DNA of 64,000 nt, taken from assembly GCA_964514575.1 (NCBI GenBank), contig CAZETJ010000002.1, forward strand, positions 1,391-65,390, given 5' to 3'. This DNA comes from an uncultured Candidatus Saccharibacteria bacterium (GTDB lineage: Bacteria; Patescibacteriota; Saccharimonadia; Saccharimonadales; UBA10212). The translations under genes were made by a program, and so were the position numbers. Position 1 is the first letter of the stretch; the number at the start of each line of letters is the position of its first letter. The notes under the pieces were generated by a model. The model had not been told where the DNA came from. It saw only the letters and a list, made by a program, of their open reading frames with translations, and did not search any database. Shown one piece after another: positions 60,835-64,000 of the stretch.

Positions 60835-62357
60835 GCTTCGTGAGCAATAGTGATGTGGGCACCGAGCGAATTAAGCCGCTCGGCCAAATCTTCATACCCG
60901 CGGTTGATCGTATAAATATTACGCAACATCGATGTGCCTTCGGCAGCCATCATGCCTATTAAAAGAATCACTGCTGGTCGTAAGCCACTCGGTGCCACCA
61001 CCTCGCCGGCCCGCCATTTAGTTGGACCATTAATAAAAACGCGGTGCGGATCAGCCAGCTCAAGATCGACGCCGATCTTCTTCATCTCGGTATACATCAG
61101 TGCCCGGTCTTCGTAAACCCAGTCATGAATCAAGGTGCGGCCCTTGGCTACCGCGGCAATTGGCACAAAGTAGGGCAGGTTATCGATATTGATTCCTGAA
61201 CCTCCCGCCAGAGGGTGTAGTTTTTCCTCTGGCGCCTTAAGCTCGCCGTTATGTTTATAGATTGTAATATCCGCTAGGTCAGCATAGCCATTGTCAGATT
61301 TGTATGGCTCGCTGAGTTTTATGCGCAGCCCCATCATCTTAAGTTTGAGCAGTTCCAAATCAAGAAAATCAATCGGCGCTCGCTTGATGGTGATCTGCGA
61401 GTTGGTTGTAACGGCTGCTGAAATAAATGTCATGGCTTCCACTGGATCTTCGGTTGGCGTATAGCTTACATTTCGTTTAATGGTTTTGGTGCCGCGGATT
61501 TTCAGCGTTGGTGTGCCAATGCCCTCGATTTTAACGCCCAGTTTCTGCAGGAAGAAACAGACATCCTGGACCTGGTAGTTGGCGCTGGCCTGTTTAATAA
61601 TGGTCTGGCCTTCGATTCGCGCGGCAGCCAGTATGGCATTCTCGGTCGCCACGTCGCTCATTTCATACATGACTACTGGCGAAGTCGGTAACTTGCGGCG
61701 GACAGAGATTTGGTAATGGCCATTATGGGCTTCGATCTGGGCGCCAAATTCAGCTAGGGCATAAATATGCGGGATGATTGTCCGCCGGCCCAGTTCGCAG
61801 CCGCCGGCATAGGGAATTTTAAATTCGGAATGTTCATGCATTAGCGCTCCGGTCAGCAAAATAACGATGCGAGTTTTACGGGCAGATTCTTTATTCATTT
61901 GATCGAGCCTGAGCGTAGTTGGTGGTTTGATTTCCAGCTCATTGCCAGGCAGCCACCGGATATGGACTCCGATGCTAGTTAAGACTTCGATGATCCGGTT
62001 CACTTCTTCAATTCTTGGCACGCGTTTAAGCCGGGTGGTGCCGTGGTTCAAAAGGCTGGCGCAGAGCAGGGCGACTGCGGCGTTTTTGGAAGTTTTAACT
62101 TCGATCTCGCCGGATAGCGAATGGCCGCCTTCAATCTGAAGGTTAATGCCGCTGCTACCCAAAGAGATAATCTGCTTATTAAGTACTCTGCTAATACGAC
62201 CGATTGTCTCCAGGCTGAGGTTTTGTTTGCCGTGCTCCATACGGTTGACGGCCGACTGGCTAGTGCCGAGCTGCCTGGAGAATTCTGCCTGAGTTAGGCC
62301 CTTCTCTTGTCTAATCTGTGCAATCAATTGGCCTATTTGCTGGTTTGTTTCCTGCAT
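60831..62357 (-). CDS. murA: Fusion of an XRE-type HTH domain and UDP-GlcNAc 1-carboxyvinyltransferase (MurA)
   Basis: N-terminus IRQEKGLTQAEFSRQLGTSQSAVNRMEHG. Then the MurA fold: KTSKNAAVALLCASLL and the AGGCELGRR active-site Cys loop. Confidence 0.8.
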   Translation of the reverse strand: MQETNQQIGQLIAQIRQEKGLTQAEFSRQLGTSQSAVNRMEHGKQNLSLETIGRISRVLNKQIISLGSSGINLQIEGGHSLSGEIEVKTSKNAAVALLCASLLNHGTTRLKRVPRIEEVNRIIEVLTSIGVHIRWLPGNELEIKPPTTLRLDQMNKESARKTRIVILLTGALMHEHSEFKIPYAGGCELGRRTIIPHIYALAEFGAQIEAHNGHYQISVRRKLPTSPVVMYEMSDVATENAILAAARIEGQTIIKQASANYQVQDVCFFLQKLGVKIEGIGTPTLKIRGTKTIKRNVSYTPTEDPVEAMTFISAAVTTNSQITIKRAPIDFLDLELLKLKMMGLRIKLSEPYKSDNGYADLADITIYKHNGELKAPEEKLHPLAGGSGINIDNLPYFVPIAAVAKGRTLIHDWVYEDRALMYTEMKKIGVDLELADPHRVFINGPTKWRAGEVVAPSGLRPAVILLIGMMAAEGTSMLRNIYTINRGYEDLAERLNSLGAHITIAHEA

Positions 62358-62507
62358 TTGCCTCAATAGCTTACCACATATGGTAAGCCCCCTCAATCTC
62401 TCTTAATCCTTACCGAGTGGCTTTAGGTGAGTAGTGATACAATAATTTAATGATCTAGCTACCTCAACTTCACGAAATATATAAAGTGAAATAGAGGAGT
62501 TATTAAA

Positions 62508-63785
62508 ATGGACGATAAACAAGTAGCGGCGCTAATCGCCGGCGAGGAAAAAAGGCAACGTGAGGGCTTAGAGCTAATCCCCTCTGAGAACTATGTCAGC
62601 CGGGACGTGCTCAATGCTTTGGGCAGTGTTTTTACTAATAAATACTCCGAGGGTTATCCAGGCAGGCGTTATTACGGCGGCCAAGACTTTACGGATAAGG
62701 TCGAGACGCTGGCTATCGAGCGGGCAAAAAAACTGTTCGGTGCCGACCACGCCAATGTCCAGCCACATTCCGGGGCGCCAGCTAACATCGCGGTGTATTT
62801 TGCTTGGCTGGAGCCAGGCGACACAGTTTTAGGGATGAGGCTCGACCATGGCGGACACCTGACCCATGGGCATCCGGTTACTACTATGGCCAAACTTTAC
62901 AACTTCGTACGCTACGGTATCAAGGACGTAGAAACTGGCGAGATTGATTACGACGAGATGCGTCGCGTTGCCCTCAAAGAAAAACCTAAAATAATCCTGG
63001 CCGGCTTCTCTGGCTATCCACGCAACTTGGACTACGCTAAGTTCGCTGAAATCGGCAACGAGGTTGGTGCTCTGCTGATGGCTGACATGGCTCACATAGC
63101 TGGCTTGATTGCCGGCAAAGCCCTGCCGAACCCGTTCGATTTTGGGTTCCAAGTGATCACGACTACTACGCACAAAACTCTGCGCGGTCCGCGCGGGGGT
63201 ATGATCTTGACGAAGGGCACGGTTGGCAACCCGCTTAAACCGGTCGAGAAAACGCTAGAAAATCTGCCCACGTTGATTGACCGTGAAGTTTTCCCAGGCT
63301 TCCAGGGCGGCCCGCACATGAACAACACAGCTGCCAAAGCCATAACTTTTGGAGAAGCTCTTAAGCCAGAGTTCAAAACTTACGCTAAGCAAATACTCGT
63401 TAACGCTAAAACACTTGCCGACGAAATGATGAGCCGCGGCTTTAAACTGGTGACTAACGGTACCGACAATCACTTGATCATGGCCGATGTCCACACTAGC
63501 TTTGGGGTAGATGGCAGGGAAGTGCAGGATATTCTTGATAAGATCGGCTTATCCGCAAACTGCAACTCTATACCCAACGATGTTCTGCCGCCGTTTCGAC
63601 CTAGCGGACTGAGGCTCGGCACTCCAGCCATGACTACTCGTGGTTTAAAAGAAAAAGACATGGCCCAAATTGCGCAGTGGATGGCCCAAGCTATCAAGAA
63701 TCGTAAAGACGATAAAATACTTAACAAGTTAAGTAATGAAGTCCGGGAGTTCAGCCTAAAATTCCCATTACCCAGCGACCAGTAA
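62508..63785 (+). CDS. glyA: Serine hydroxymethyltransferase
   Basis: AGAGGAG SD. LIPSENYVS ... TTTTHKTLRGPRGG (PLP lysine). Confidence 0.97.
   Translation: MDDKQVAALIAGEEKRQREGLELIPSENYVSRDVLNALGSVFTNKYSEGYPGRRYYGGQDFTDKVETLAIERAKKLFGADHANVQPHSGAPANIAVYFAWLEPGDTVLGMRLDHGGHLTHGHPVTTMAKLYNFVRYGIKDVETGEIDYDEMRRVALKEKPKIILAGFSGYPRNLDYAKFAEIGNEVGALLMADMAHIAGLIAGKALPNPFDFGFQVITTTTHKTLRGPRGGMILTKGTVGNPLKPVEKTLENLPTLIDREVFPGFQGGPHMNNTAAKAITFGEALKPEFKTYAKQILVNAKTLADEMMSRGFKLVTNGTDNHLIMADVHTSFGVDGREVQDILDKIGLSANCNSIPNDVLPPFRPSGLRLGTPAMTTRGLKEKDMAQIAQWMAQAIKNRKDDKILNKLSNEVREFSLKFPLPSDQ
63715..63737. repeat. Motif family copy 8, AAATACTTAACAAGTTAAGTAAT (inside glyA)
   Basis: Read directly. Encodes ILNKLSN. 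Confidence 0.8.
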
Positions 63786-63887
63786 GCAGACTCATTCTCC
63801 GATAGGGCGTGTTTTGTTTGAAGAACTTCTTTACAATGTCAAGCTTATGCTTGCAAAATCTTTTAACAAGAGAATAATTGTCGATAT

Positions 63888-64000
63888 ATGACAAGAGTCG
63901 AGACCAGTCCCGAAATTCTTGAAGCGAAAAAGAAGCTCGAAGCTATCTTTGCCATAGGACAAATAGCCTTGAATTTGGAGAACGAAGCCTCGCAGTTACG
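63888..64000 (+). CDS. Start of an ORF leaving the window (MTRVETSPEILEAKKKLEAIFAIGQ...)
   Basis: TTGCAA-N17-ATAATT promoter (63851-63879) with the ATG 8 nt after the -10. No SD. Confidence 0.3.
   Translation, partial: MTRVETSPEILEAKKKLEAIFAIGQIALNLENEASQL

Overview
The window is about 64 kb of moderate G+C (roughly 45-50% by eye) with dense coding. Its gene content looks like a reduced-genome bacterium. My inference, which cannot be proven from this window, is a Patescibacteria/CPR organism resembling Saccharibacteria. The core genes I recognise are:
- chaperones and proteases: hrcA (with a CIRCE operator), grpE, dnaK, dnaJ, ftsH;
- recombination and repair: ruvC, ruvA, ruvB, recA, recX;
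- translation and RNA metabolism: lepA, rny, tilS, tsaE, tsaB, dus;
- metabolism and regulation: glyA, a glutamate dehydrogenase, yebC;
- cell envelope: murJ, a Mur ligase, an HTH-MurA fusion;
- competence and pili: comEC, a type IV pilin;
- transport and modification: two ABC transporters, rimK with its retropepsin-like partner;
- ten tRNA genes.

I saw no rRNA, CRISPR array, transposase or integrase.

Seven observations go beyond routine annotation.
1. Five tRNA transcription units share a roughly 50-130 nt 5' leader. It has conserved boxes and compensatory base-pair changes, and it ends in GACGA directly at the tRNA 5' end. I think this is a candidate undescribed structured RNA.
2. Two copies of a 69-78 nt element with 13-bp terminal inverted repeats sit in front of ruvC and recX. 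Each is flanked by a 5-nt direct repeat (ATGAG, ATGAA). Removing the element restores an ATGA stop/start overlap, so it looks like a MITE that targets gene junctions.
3. A 16-26 bp palindrome with core ACTTAAC-N2-GTTAAGT occurs at least 8 times. Four of the coding copies sit in one reading frame.
4. Four short islands of clearly higher G+C each carry their own Shine-Dalgarno site, intact ORF(s) and a perfect GC-rich terminator hairpin. They encode secreted or small membrane proteins. I infer foreign, probably actinobacterial, origin.
5. The dnaK-dnaJ spacer holds a chain of overlapping unknown ORFs and two separate fragments of a diverged dnaJ 5' end, which looks like serial cassette capture.
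6. A 25-nt repeat of the tRNA-fMet 3' end lies downstream of that gene and resembles an att-site scar.
7. Many genes have -10 boxes 6-8 nt upstream of the ATG with no SD (leaderless starts), and two ORFs start 9-13 nt after a tRNA CCA end.

All functional calls rest on recognising motifs in the translated ORFs. No database search was run.
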